DNA of 63,594 bases, counting the filler, from Octopus bimaculoides (Eukaryota): the NCBI RefSeq assembly GCF_001194135.2. It is 6 parts of 5 records of this genome, joined end to end, with 100 filler letters (N's around TTAATTAATTAA, not from the genome) between each part and the next. Parts side by side here need not be neighbours in the genome. Positions count along the whole stretch, not along the records: positions 28,330 to 53,847 come from NC_068988.1; 5 more parts are not named here. The stretch is one strand, 5' to 3'. The translations under genes and the position numbers were made by a program. The notes below the pieces were generated by a model. It was not told the DNA's origin, did not search any database, and worked only from the letters and a program-made list of their open reading frames with translations. Shown piece after piece: positions 39,906-53,172 of the stretch. Position 1 is the stretch's first letter, and each line of letters opens with the position of its first letter.

Positions 39906-42470
39906 TGTGTACTCCAACAAATATGTCACTATTGTCGTCAGAACCTCTCGTTTGAGCATATTCAAACCCATCTAACATCTATGCCAATATGATAGCTAAT
40001 TGTATGTTGGCACAAATGGTCTGGTATTTTATTTTATCAATCACGGAAGGAAGGAAGACAACTTCGTATGCATCGAGATTTGAACTAAGAGCGTAATATG
40101 CCGGAACAAATACAGAAAGGCATTGTCTGATGCTCTAGTGAGCACTACCCAATATTAGTAACATTGTGTTAACATAAAACTTTGCTCAATAAGCTGAAAT
40201 TGAAAAGAAATCTAATGAATCTTAATTGAAATAGTTTTCATTTTTTCTGTTAGTATGTTAATTTTGGTGTTGATTTTCTTCGGTCTGTGACTAAGCAAAC
40301 CTATGATCAAAAACATTTTAACCGAAGCCATTCTGTCTTCCTTTTGGACATTGTATATCTAGGGATACATTATGCAATGTGGCACTCTTTTTTGAAGTGA
40401 GAGTATACTATGATGAAAATTATCGAGTGAAAATATAGAAGCTCATTCGCTGCTTGTATATACACTATTTATCTCAGAAAGGGTAACTAACCCTCCGAAA
40501 TTTTCACACAACACGTCAGCTCTATTTCACATTCTTCGAGTTACCAGTGAGTCATTTACAGCAGTCTTTTATATAGTTTTTAATGAGAGGAAACAAACAA
40601 TAACACTAGCTTTGTTTCGAGTGGGGTGTCAGATTAGTTTCTGTAAGAATATTCAGTTTCAAAATTGAAGATATACTTTACAAATATCACTCCTATGTAT
40701 AACTTATGTGATTTCTCTTGTATGATATGAAGAAAATGCAGAGATCAATTACACCACAACCTTGGTATGAGTTTACACTTTTGCAGACCATGTCTCCATC
40801 TCACCGCCATAGCATTCATTAGAAAAGAGCATCAAGCGATAAAGAACTTTCTACGGTTCCTCGACAAATTAAAAATAAATATTGTCCCTGTATACAAAAA
40901 TATTGTGTAATCACAACTGGAACGGTAGTGTTGACAGGTCTGCTCGTTCGGATGTGAACAGGAACTAATCAGTTATTACGTAGGGCAAAGCACATTTTTT
41001 TCCTGAACTACTAGAACATGCGAAAAGATAATCATTGCAAGTGAAGGTGCCAGCTGTCTCCTCTACTAAGTATTAAAAAAAATAACAACCTCAGGTTTTG
41101 TCCTCTTTTTCCTGAAATTCGAGAATGTTGGAATACAGCACACTATATTCCAACATTCCGTATCAGTTATTTTGGTGGATGGAGTGAAAATCAACTTTCA
41201 TAAATTTAGCCGTTAGTTTATGTACAGCTAGCGAAATTGACCTTGATCTCCAGTAAATTTTATGGAAATGGTTAATTACCACTAAAATATAGTACAATAT
41301 ATTAATTAAGAAAAAAGCTAATGACCAGAAGCGAGAATAATTAGACTTAAGAATTCCTTATTAAGTTACTGAGCTTTGATTATAGATTTTTGATATATTT
41401 TTACTGCTTTTATTTTAATTTATAAATTAAATATATTCAATTTAGCTGTCTTTGCTTTATTGACTTATTTCTGACGTCAATTTACCAATACATTTCATAC
41501 AAATATTCTGGTTATTACTGTTGTTTTTTTTACTTTTACCGGACAGATCTGAGAAAACAACCCGTTTTTGCTTTCAAACACAGTATTTTTAGGACTACGT
41601 TGCAATTTCTGAACTCTACACTATCCAGTGTACCCCTCCCGTTTTTTTAAAGACGCTACAATGTGATATGAGTAACGTTTGACTGGTATTTCTAGCAATT
41701 AGACTGACCACATAGCAGTTTCCTGTCTGGCGAGTGAAACTTCTATTGATGCTGTTGTTGTTTTTGTTGTTGATGTTATGTTACTGTTCATATCTATAAC
41801 AAGAGTCAAAATCGATTTTTATGCATCATTGCTAAAAATACTAACTGGCCTCTTTCATCGTATACTCACTAGTTCATGATATATAGAAACTTAATAAAAG
41901 AATAAAACAAAACAAAAATTATCAAGAAGTTTTCCAAATCTAAATCTGTGTTGCCTGCTGGCTCCTTTGAAGTTCATGCACTTTCCCCTTTCATTTTATT
42001 GATTTGCTTAGATCTGAGAGATCTTTCCCCCAATATATTGAACAATCAACAAAATACATAGCTTATACTCTCTGGTACATTAATGAAGAAATTAGTAAAT
42101 TAGTGCTATTTAAATGAAAGAGCCGTCTTTGTTGTCAGAAAACTGATCAAATGGAAGACAATAAAGTAATCGAAGTATAACTTAGAACTACAAACAGATG
42201 TCCATAAAAACATAAATACATGTATATGTAATAGATATTTTTATGACTTAGTTGTAGGAGGAACTTTTCTTCCAGGGCATCAGTTAGTTGTAGAAAGAAG
42301 GATGGAAATTATCCTCTAACTGAAGACTTAAACTGAATACTTGCAATAGAGTGAAGTCTACTTCGGGTTAATTTTCTCGTTCCTGTTGGGGAATGAGAAA
42401 ATTAAACCGTAGTAGACTTCACTCTATTACTTCCTGTTGGTGAAGTAATTCAATATATATATACATATAT

Positions 42471-42522
<52 letters not shown>

Positions 42523-42988
42523 GTGTGTGTGTGTCTACGGATATGTATAGATGGATAGATGGATGGATGGATGCATAGTTAAATGCAAACTACCATACTT
42601 GGGGTGATCAGAAGTTAATGACGTCCTTTGTCGTTGGCGCTATAATTTCAATTCAAAGAAAATTATTTTCCGCTCACCACATCACATATGGTAGCTTGCT
42701 TAGATATTTCTAATAGTTCTTGTATTAACTCCTCGGGAAATTTTCGAGTGTCGTTATTTTTAACTTACCAACCTGTAGCTTTTCATTAGACAAAAATCTG
42801 CTAGTAGTCTTTCAACCATTTAGTGGACTACACTTCGCTGAGGTGTATGAATCACACATACCTACCACCACATAATATCATTGAAATTTCTTGATAAGAA
42901 TGACTGATATTCGATCCATCATTTTAAGCACGATACTATGTACCTGATTATTTGAATTTCTTGTCGAACTCACTTAAGAATTATTCCA

Positions 42989-43021
<33 letters not shown>

Positions 43022-43271
43022 NNNNNNNNNNNNNNNNNNNNNNNNNNNNNNNNNNNNNNNNNNNNNNNNNNNNNNNNNNNNNNNNNNNNNNNNNNNNNNN
43101 NNNNNNNNNNNNNNNNNNNNNNNNNNNNNNNNNNNNNNNNNNNNNNNNNNNNNNNNNNNNNNNNNNNNNNNNNNNNNNNNNNNNNNNNNNNNNNNNNNNN
43201 NNNNNNNNNNNNNNNNNNNNNNNNNNNNNNNNNNNNNNNNNNNNNNNNNNNNNNNNNNNNNNNNNNNNNNN

Positions 43272-43322
<51 letters not shown>

Positions 43323-43344
43323 TGTATACATATACAAACACATA

Positions 43345-44244
43345 CGAAGTCTGATCAATAAGTATCCGGATTCTTGACATACTAACAAAGCTAAAGCATA
43401 CATAGTAAAGCTTGGTGTAGATTGATTTTAAACTCTGTTGTGCATGCGCACTATGTCTTAACGTTCTAGCTCACTTCTGCTGTTTACAGCAGTGCTTGGA
43501 ACGAAGGAATGTTAGTATATGATCGTCGCATTGTCCATGACAGAGAAAAGTGAGCAGAGAATCTGTATCAAGTTTTGCCAAAAGCTTGGTGATACCTACT
43601 CAGAGGCCAATATAAAGTTTCCAAAAAGGTTTCATCGGTCTCAACATAATCAGGGAGTTCTTGTGCAACTGAAACCCTTTTTGGTCAGCTGAAGGCAGTT
43701 TTGGTACGAACTTGGTAGACACGCGTCTCATACCCAAATCTTCAGTGACGATGAACAGTGACAACAGACTGAGCTTAACCGTAACTAACCTGCACATCCT
43801 CTGATAACTCAGGGATGGTGATTCGACGGTTTCCCCTCAAAGCTGCACGCACATTTGCGATGTTTTCTTCAGTTCTGCTGGTTGCAGGTCTCCCAGAACG
43901 TTCAGCAATATCGACATTTTTTTCAGCCATCTTGGAAACGTTTGAACCACTCGTACACTTGTGTGCAACTCAGACACTCCTCTCCATACACTTTCTGCAA
44001 CTTTGCGCAGGCCTCTCAGCAGGTATCGATATGACAACTTTCTCTGTCATGGTCAATGCGACGATCATACGCTACACACCTTCCTTCCAAGCACTGCTGT
44101 AAACAGTGGAAGACAGCTATAATGTTTAAACTTAATGCGCATGCACAGTCGGGTTCAAGATCAATCTGTGTCAAGCAGCTTTACTCTGCGTGCTTTAGCT
44201 TCGTTACTATGGTATCAGTCTGGATACTTATTGATCAGACCTCG
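43345..44244. mobile_element. Mariner-derived non-autonomous element built from two inverted 5' ends
   Basis: TIRs CGAAGTCTGATCAATAAGTATCCGGA / TCTGGATACTTATTGATCAGACCTCG with TA flanks. The plus strand gives MTEKSEQRICIKFCQKLGDTYSEA; the minus strand carries a frameshifted N-terminal transposase from ~44050 to ~43610. Confidence 0.8.
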
Positions 44245-44252
44245 TATATATG

Positions 44253-44304
<52 letters not shown>

Positions 44305-45624
44305 NNNNNNNNNNNNNNNNNNNNNNNNNNNNNNNNNNNNNNNNNNNNNNNNNNNNNNNNNNNNNNNNNNNNNNNNNNNNNNNNNNNNNNNNNNNNNNNN
44401 NNNNNNNNNNNNNNNNNNNNNNNNNNNNNNNNNNNNNNNNNNNNNNNNNNNNNNNNNNNNNNNNNNNNNNNNNNNNNNNNNNNNNNNNNNNNNNNNNNNN
44501 NNNNNNNNNNNNNNNNNNNNNNNNNNNNNNNNNNNNNNNNNNNNNNNNNNNNNNNNNNNNNNNNNNNNNNNNNNNNNNNNNNNNNNNNNNNNNNNNNNNN
44601 NNNNNNNNNNNNNNNNNNNNNNNNNNNNNNNNNNNNNNNNNNNNNNNATATATATATATATATATATATATACATACATACAAACACATTGTTACTAGAG
44701 GTGCTCCAGATGGCCACAGCCTTAGGACTGAAACATGTAAAAGAATAAAAGAATTACATACATACATACATACATATGTACATATACATATCTATCTATC
44801 TATCTATCACGGCATGCTTGGATAAAATTAGCGACTATCGATATAGTAAAACAATGGTTAACTGGTGTCCAAATGGCTGGCAGACCAGATTAAAGTTCGT
44901 TATTAGCGGTGGAAGCACAATTAGTTCAAAATAGCATTCTAGATTTCTTACACAACCTGCTTATGCTGTAGAAAGCCACAAATCATCAGATCCCTCACAT
45001 CAGTAATGTTGTCAGGGACACATAGTTGTCTATTTATCAGATATTACATTTGTTTGTTCCGTCAACCTTTGCATTAATTGCAAAGTCTGTGCTTGTGGTG
45101 GTGAGTTGTAATGATGGCGGAGAGGGTGGGGCGCTAAGAAAGTGGCTTCAGTGCTAAGGCAGCCTGAAAATGCTTTGAAACTGCTGCTCTAGACCTTGAC
45201 CAAGGTCTAGAACAGTTTATCCTGGAGGACCTTACTACATTGCATGATCACGAGGAAATTGAAATTATATCGGTGAAACAAACAAAATTAATGGACCGAA
45301 TCAGTGTTAATAAAAGGAAAAACAAGTCAAGAATCTTGATGTTAGATATATCCCTTGCAGTGGTCACTTAGGCACCTGTGCGGATGGGAAATTCAAAATA
45401 TACCTCTTTTTCGACATAAAAGGGTAAAATGAACAAATATGAAAGACTAAGGTTAAGCACTTGAAAATACGCCATGAATGCAACCTGACAACCAAAAGTC
45501 TTTGCAAAGATAAATCGTCTGCAATTCTTCTGTCAAGTTTATGCTAACCTGCTTCTAAAGACTTTTATATAATATTTAAATATTATTTAAATATTGTGAC
45601 TCTATCAAAAAACTTTGCTTAATC

Positions 45625-45835
<211 letters not shown>

Positions 45836-46517
45836 CATATTGTTATAATATGGATCCTCCTCCACTTGTGTGCTGTCGTCGGCACTGTAATATTCTTGTC
45901 CCCATTAATATGCTGTGGCGTTATTCCGCGTCTTATTATCTTCGACTCGTGCACGTATCGTGCTATTGCTGATAGCTCAGCAAGACAACGACTTTAAAAT
46001 GTCTACCGTGACGGTAACTCGAACTCGTGTATATCACGTATCTGACACTGACCAGGGATACCACTATTGTGTTTTTCCACCCAGATCGGTTTTTTTTTTT
46101 TTTGAGCAATGATGGGTTTATGGATTTTAATTTCCAAATTTACATTAAATCGGGGTTTTTAAGTTAATTTTGGCTGCAAACTTATCTTTTAATGAGAATT
46201 CGGTGTCATACTCTTTGTATGCAATCTGTACCAAAGCTTCACCTCTTCTAATACTTTGTAAACTTTCTATATATCATCTATAATCATCTCACGTAATGAA
46301 TTTATTGATACAAACATTGTATGTGACATTGTATGCTGATCGTACGGCAACTACAAGTTACAACGCGTTGGTAGCCGCTTGTACACTTGTCTGAAACTCT
46401 GACACTGCCAGTCGACAACTTGACTCGGTTGATGGTGTACGCTTCGATTGTTACTCGCGATTCAAAATTTATTTAACAACGTTTTGGGTGAGTGCTTTTG
46501 TTTTGTAAACCATTGCG

Positions 46518-47058
46518 AAGTAATAGCAGACAATAGTGTGTCCAAAAAGAGGAAGAGGTACACCCAAAATTTCAAGAAGTCATGGTTGGAGGATGCTGAG
46601 CTTAAAAATTTGTTACAGCAAGGTGATAAAAATCCTGACACCTGCTACTGCGTTTGTTGCAACATTGTATTGAAAAATGCTAACAAATCAATGCTGTTAG
46701 CTCATAAAAACACTGCCAAACACAAGAAAGCTTTTGATTGTGCGAAATCTGCTATTAAATTAGATTCATTTATTGTTAACAAAAAAATCAGATGATACAT
46801 TAGATGAAAAAGTAGCTAAGGCAGACTTGCTACTAACAGGTTATGTTGCTGAATATCACGTACCTTTTATCCATATAAATCACTTAGCTGAAATTTGTAA
46901 AAGGGTCTTTCCCGATAGTGAAATAGCTAAAAATCTACAAATGAAAAAAAAAAAATTAACGTACATTATGCAAGACGGAATTGCACATTATGAACGAAAT
47001 GAAATCTTGGAAATTCTCAAGAAACAAAAGGTTTCATTATTAATACATGAGAGTACAT
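46518..47058 (+). pseudogene. hAT-like transposase N-terminal fragment (Zn finger plus start of catalytic region), frameshifted and truncated at a TA microsatellite
   Basis: KRKRYTQNFKKSWL...CYCVCCNIVL...LLAHKNTAKHKK, then VAKADLLLTGYVAEYHVPF...VFPDSEIAKNLQM...FPDS/SLLIHESTC (resembles S+++DESTD). Confidence 0.65.
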
Positions 47059-47090
47059 GTGTATGTACGTATGTATACATAAATACATAC

Positions 47091-47164
<74 letters not shown>

Positions 47165-47781
47165 AATGCAACCATATTTTTCACTTTGTTTATGTTTTCC
47201 TCAACGTCCTCACATCCGATCACTTATGCCGCTGATGCCACCAAAATGTACAATCATATATATACATACATATATGTAGTATAAATGAGTAACAAAGTGG
47301 TACATGTGTCAATTCATTACGGTCGTTTCAAGCGACTCCTTTAATTGATTGATGAAAACATTAGATCATTGGAAAGAAACCGTTTTCGTCAGATGACTGC
47401 ATGAACTTCAAACATAAAGGAAACTTCGACTGATTTTGTACAGTTACAATTCCACAGAGCCCAAATATTTACATTGATTCTGCTGCTATTCAGTTGGCAG
47501 AATGATTTTACCAAATAATTTATACCTTGTCTGAAAAAATAGAATTTAGAGGATAGTAGAGGTTATAGTAGGGGGAAGGAATAATTGAAATCAGTGATCA
47601 AGTTACCTATACTTCAAAACGAAAGAGGGAGGATTGTATCTAACCGTCTAGAATTAAGCATTATGAGAGTTGTACATGTACTCTGTTCAGTGGTGATAAA
47701 TTATTTAATGCCATAGGCGTGTGGGGTACTCCATCGTAACAAGGTGCCTCAATTTAAGTACCTAATGCAACTGAATTTTAG

Positions 47782-47824
<43 letters not shown>

Positions 47825-47891
47825 CGCACATAATGTATACATATACATTTAGGCCACCACAAAGTATATATACTTATATATATATATATAT

Positions 47892-47941
<50 letters not shown>

Positions 47942-49769
47942 GTATGCGTGTGTGTGTGCATGCATGTTCGTGTCTATAAACTCATACATGTTATAAACAC
48001 TTATGCATGTGCATACATATACTTATGTTTGCATGCGTGCGTGAGTTTGTGAACGTGTTCGCGTGCGCACATGTTTGTTTACATTTCTTAGAGCGATGTC
48101 ATCTGTAAAATGTTATTCTTTATTTGGAAAGAGAAATAGTACTTCGAAAACAAAAGAGTTTGATATTTCCTTTCATACATATATTTGTGGGGGTGGGGTG
48201 AAACTGATAAACTGAATAAAAGTAACGATAAAAATTTGCAATTTTTTTTCGATTAAAATACCTGCAACTTCAGAGCAAAACCTACTAAAGTTCGCCTGCA
48301 TTTAACGTCTCCGACAATCACTCCCACTCCGTTTCTTGTTTTAGACTCCTTTTACCAGTGTGACCGATGGGACACACATTGCATTATATATTCACTTAAC
48401 TATTACTATGATTAGATAGATACGTATTCGTTTACATTTGCATAAACATTTGAAATTTTCAACTATTCGTTTGCTTAATATTGGTGTTTTATTTTCAATC
48501 TTTACAGTACCACTGAAGACTGATTTCAAGTAAACTGTCAGAAGCCAGACAACCTGACACGGTGCTAGCGTCGTTCTAGGTGACAATTGGAGTGCCTATT
48601 AGATGTACCGGGCTGTTAAGTATCACTGTTAAGACAGCGAAACGTTAGTGGTACGACACGAAATATTAATCTTTCGGTATGTAGAGGAGCAAATGTAGCG
48701 ATCAGTCAACAACTACTCCCTACAGACTCTCTACAGACAATTAATTTGTAAAAGCAGGATAAAAAAATACGTATTTGGTTAATATTTCCAGAAAAAATAA
48801 TGCAATCTTAAAGTTCCGCCTGTGGATGGGATGAAAAGTACTGTTGGGTAAAAAGTGTGGGAACACCGTGGTGGGGGGGAAAATATTATAAATTGGAGCT
48901 AATTAGTTATTGTTTGAAGCGACACGATTTTCAAAGTAGTGCTCTTAGCTATAAGACAAAACAAAAAGTCAGCAGGGGAAATCTAAAGATGACTGTTCAT
49001 CTGTGCTTTCTTCCATTACATGCTATAATGAAGTTACTGTGTTCGTCAAATTTAAGCAATAGTTCTATTAAATAAATAATTATTTTACATTCCTTTTAAG
49101 AACAGGGTTAGCAAAATTGTTTATTGTTTCTGGGGGGTTTTTCTGTTAGAGAAGGGGTTGTTTCTCTATTCTAATACTTCTGTCGTGTACCTAATAAATT
49201 TGATTTCAGCATTTTCTTTGGTCTATTATTTCATTTCATAAAATTGAACTATTTTCACACACGAGGTGGGGTGAATATCGAAATAAAATTCATTGCTTTA
49301 TTTTTTAAGTGAAATCGTAAATCAAATCAATAGAAAATATTTGTAGTTTTTTAAATCGAATTTCGATTAAAACTTGAATTTCGATCTCATTGCTCCCATC
49401 TTTATATCGGTTTATGAAATAATCTGTTTTATCCACATTAAATTTAAAATAAAAAGAAAAGATGGTAAAAAAAATAGAAATAATGCTTCAATCAAAAATC
49501 TCATTCTAAATGTGACAGAAAGATAAAAGACCAGGATTGGCCGCAAGGCTTTCATCTCATAATGTCCAATTCACTGTGGTGGACCACAGAAGTGATGAAG
49601 CACCGAACCAAAATCTCTTACGGTATGTTCCGAGTTCAAACGCCACCAGAATCAACTTTCTTCAGATTGGCAATCCATAAAATGAAAATAGCATTCACGT
49701 TACTAAGGATACTTAATTGGTTATATGTCTTTTACAAAATATGAGGCTCTATGTTAATATTTAATATAG

Positions 49770-49901
49770 TTATCCTATCGGTCTCTTTTGTTGAACTGTT
49801 AATGTTACGGGGACGTAAACACACCAACATCGGTTGTCAAGTGATGGTGACGGGTCAAACACGCACACACACACACACACACACAAACACGCACACACAC
49901 A

Positions 49902-49975
<74 letters not shown>

Positions 49976-50080
49976 ACGGGCTTCTTTCAGTTTCCGTCTA
50001 CCAAATCCACTCACAAGGCTTTGATCGGCCCGATGCTATAGTAGAAGACACTAGCCCACGGTGCCACGTGGTGGAACCTG
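49770..50080 (-). mobile_element. SINE family C, partial
   Basis: Reverse complement of the family C body with CA/TA microsatellite. Confidence 0.8.
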
Positions 50081-52294
50081 AAAGCATAGCCTGTGTTGTG
50101 TCTGTAGGGAAAGAAAGTCGCTCATCTGCTACTCATTGAAAAGTGAAAAAAATTGGAATACAATGATTACTTAATGCACTTTATATACTTTATGCACAAT
50201 TTTATACACTTAATATGCAGCACTCATAAACTAAATATTCACTCTTTTTTTCCATTTTCTCCTATAATAAAAAAGAACATATCCCGTACATATGATACAA
50301 CCTTTAGTTAAATTGCATATATCTGCCACGTAAATAAGCGTGAATATTTCACGGAGTTTCCCTTATGAGCATGTGTTACGTGATAAATGATATAAAAAAA
50401 ACTTAACTCAATTTAAAAAATACACTTTTCACTATCTAATCACCACCACCACCACCACCTCCATCTCCACCACTATTATCACCCCAATCGTCATCTCTCT
50501 CTCTCTCTCTCCTCTTTCTTCTCCTCTCTCTTTCTCTTCTCTCTCTCTCTCTCTCTCCCTCTCTCTCTCTCTCTCTCCCTACCTTCCTTTAACCTCACCA
50601 TCAGTACATCACCCTTCTAAATTTATATTTTTAACTCTCCTCTACTTTCAACTAACTTTTCTAACCATGTAATAAATATTACGTTCCCCCACCTCACGTC
50701 ATGGACGCTTATCTCTCCCTCTTTCTATCTCACTCTTCGCCTTCTCTTTTTCTCTCTCCTTTTTCTTTTTCCTCTCTTTCCCTTCAAATAATCACGTGAA
50801 AGTGTTACAATTACATTCCTTCTACCTTACGTCATGGACGCTTCTCTCTCCCTCTTTTTCTTCCTTCACTCTTTTTCTATCTCCCTCTTTTTCTCCCTCA
50901 CTCTCTTTCTTTCTCCCTCTTTTTCTCTAATTACGTGAAAACGTTACCGATGGGCTAAGTAACACAATGACAAGCGGAATTATTATAAAATAGCCTACAT
51001 CATCTTTAAATTTTCAATATTCTGTGGCTTAGTTATGACACCTGTCTAGATAGTCTTAGTATAAAGATCGTTGTGTAAATGTGTATGCATATTCAGTTGG
51101 TAAAGAGTGCGTCTTACATAAGATCCATTATATTTATTACATATTATGTGACACACAACGTATGCCAATAAATCATGTCTGCAGGATAGTTAACTAAGAG
51201 TCACGAAATTTTAATATGCACAGACCAATTTTCAGGTAGTTGTTTTCTTAGAGATGGTCCAGAATGTGACAACTGTATATTTAGTCCTGCCCTAAAAATC
51301 ATCTTGGGGATTGCAGCAGTGATTCTATCACGAAAGTGCGTCTACTTTATAAAGAAACGTAATCGCATATGAACATTCATGGGAGGTTTAATACCAGACC
51401 TGGTATGAAAATTAGATATCCGATATTTACAGCCTATCCTTTGGGATTGCTTGCTTGCAGATGTATCTATTGTTTCACAGATTGCGCTGTTTATGTAGAT
51501 TTCATTTTGTGTGTAATCTATTTTGGTAGGTTGGTAGGACTGGCCCGTAATACACAAACAGACGCTATGATGTAGTTATTTATAGAATTTGATATTAATG
51601 AATTTTATCTCTGTAACGTTGATTCGAAAAAGGAATAGAAAGAGAGTGGGTATGATTAAGAAGAGGAGAAATTCAATGAGGTCGCAATGTTCCATTTCGA
51701 AATTCATATGATCGACGACGACGTCTTTGAAAATGATATATGCTAATTACTATCGCTGAGAACTCGACATGGTGATGTGCTGTACATGTCATATAAGAAA
51801 TTCGTGTGAGTATCAGATGTTTGCAATCTTAGGTGGCATAGCACATAGAATATAATATTTGGCGGATCTTACATTGGAAGCACTGCTTATAAACTGGATC
51901 ATTTAAAAATCATTCGTTTTAAAATTTAAGTGGAGAAGTATAACCAAGATATCACGTTCACCGACAAACAAATTACTGTAAATCTGAAGATGAAGGAGGC
52001 TGTTCCTAATTAGTGCATTAATTCCTCTACCAATAATAAACTGTTTAATATAGCATTAGTAATCTACTCTATTACACACATCATCCTCACGTATCTGTGC
52101 GGATCAAATCTCATCTCTATTTTCTCTTGTGAATTCATTTTAAAACCAAAACACTGACATATACGATAAAAGTGTAAACCAAAGTCTTACATATTTTTGA
52201 TCTTTATTTACTGTTGTTTTCTTTCTAAATAGAATTGAAGTAACTGCCTAATACATTATTTTACTCTATTTTACAATAATTAATATATAATATA

Positions 52295-52453
52295 GGCGCT
52301 GGAGTGGCTGTGTGGTAAGTAGCTTGCTTTCCAACCACATGGTTCTGGGTTCAGTCCCACTGCTTAGCACCTTGGGCAAGTGTCTTCTATAGTCTCGGGC
52401 CGACCAAAGTCTTGTGAGTGGATTTGGTAGGCGGAAACTGAAAGAAGCCTGTC

Positions 52454-52513
<60 letters not shown>

Positions 52514-52705
52514 GTATGTATTTATATGTCTTTGTGTTTGTGCTTGACAACCGGGGTTGGTGTGTTTGCGTCCCCGTAACTTGGCGGTTCAGCAAAAGTG
52601 ACTGATAGAATGAGTACTAGGCTTACAAAAAATAAGTCCTCGGTCGATTTGTTCGACTAAAGGCCAGTGCCCTAGCATGGCTGCAGTCAAATGACTGAAA
52701 CAAAA
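52295..52705 (+). mobile_element. SINE family C, full length
   Basis: Head GGAGTGGCTGTGTGGTAAGTAGCTTGC through CAGTCAAATGACTGAAACA. Confidence 0.9.
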
Positions 52706-52918
52706 AATATACTGATCTAATATGCATGCAGAGACATGATGTTGTATTTAGAACGCTCTATAATGAAATTGTAATGTTATTGTCAGACCGAATATGCTTG
52801 AGAAACGTTCGAACTGGGGAACAAGCTACTCACAGCGTTTTGTCACGGAAAATATATCCAGTTTGTTGACAAATGGTTTGTATACACCTATGTCAGCTCG
52901 CAGCGCCGTCTACCCAGA

Positions 52919-52966
52919 CTGTGAGATGCAAGCATTTCGGAGTAGTAATCTGCTCTTCAGTCACAG
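52919..52966 (-). ncRNA. Type I hammerhead ribozyme motif (left arm)
   Basis: Minus strand: CTGTGA-CTGAAGA-GCAG(ATTACTA)CTCC-GAA-ATGC(TT)GCAT-C-TCACAG. Canonical CUGANGA/GAAA core, 6-bp stem I, AUC cleavage triplet, one C-C mismatch in stem II. Confidence 0.75.
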
Positions 52967-53128
52967 ACACCAGGAAAACGGCGCTGCGAGCTTATTGAAG
53001 AGACCGATTCTCTTATGCTTTTCCTGTTACCATAAGCGCACAGCGCTGCCAGTCGCCGTATGGCAGCTGGAAAAGCATAAGTGAATCAGTCTCTTCAATT
53101 AGCTAGCAGCGCCGCCTGCCTGGTGTAC

Positions 53129-53172
53129 GTGACCGAAGAGGGGATAACTACTCCGAAATGCTTGCATCTCAT
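53129..53172 (+). ncRNA. Type I hammerhead ribozyme motif (right arm)
   Basis: GTGA-CCGAAGA-GGGG(ATAACTA)CTCC-GAA-ATGC(TT)GCAT-C-TCAT. Intact stems, U4-to-C core change, enclosed by a 9-bp helix 53106-53114/53185-53193. AATAAA at 53224. Confidence 0.7.
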
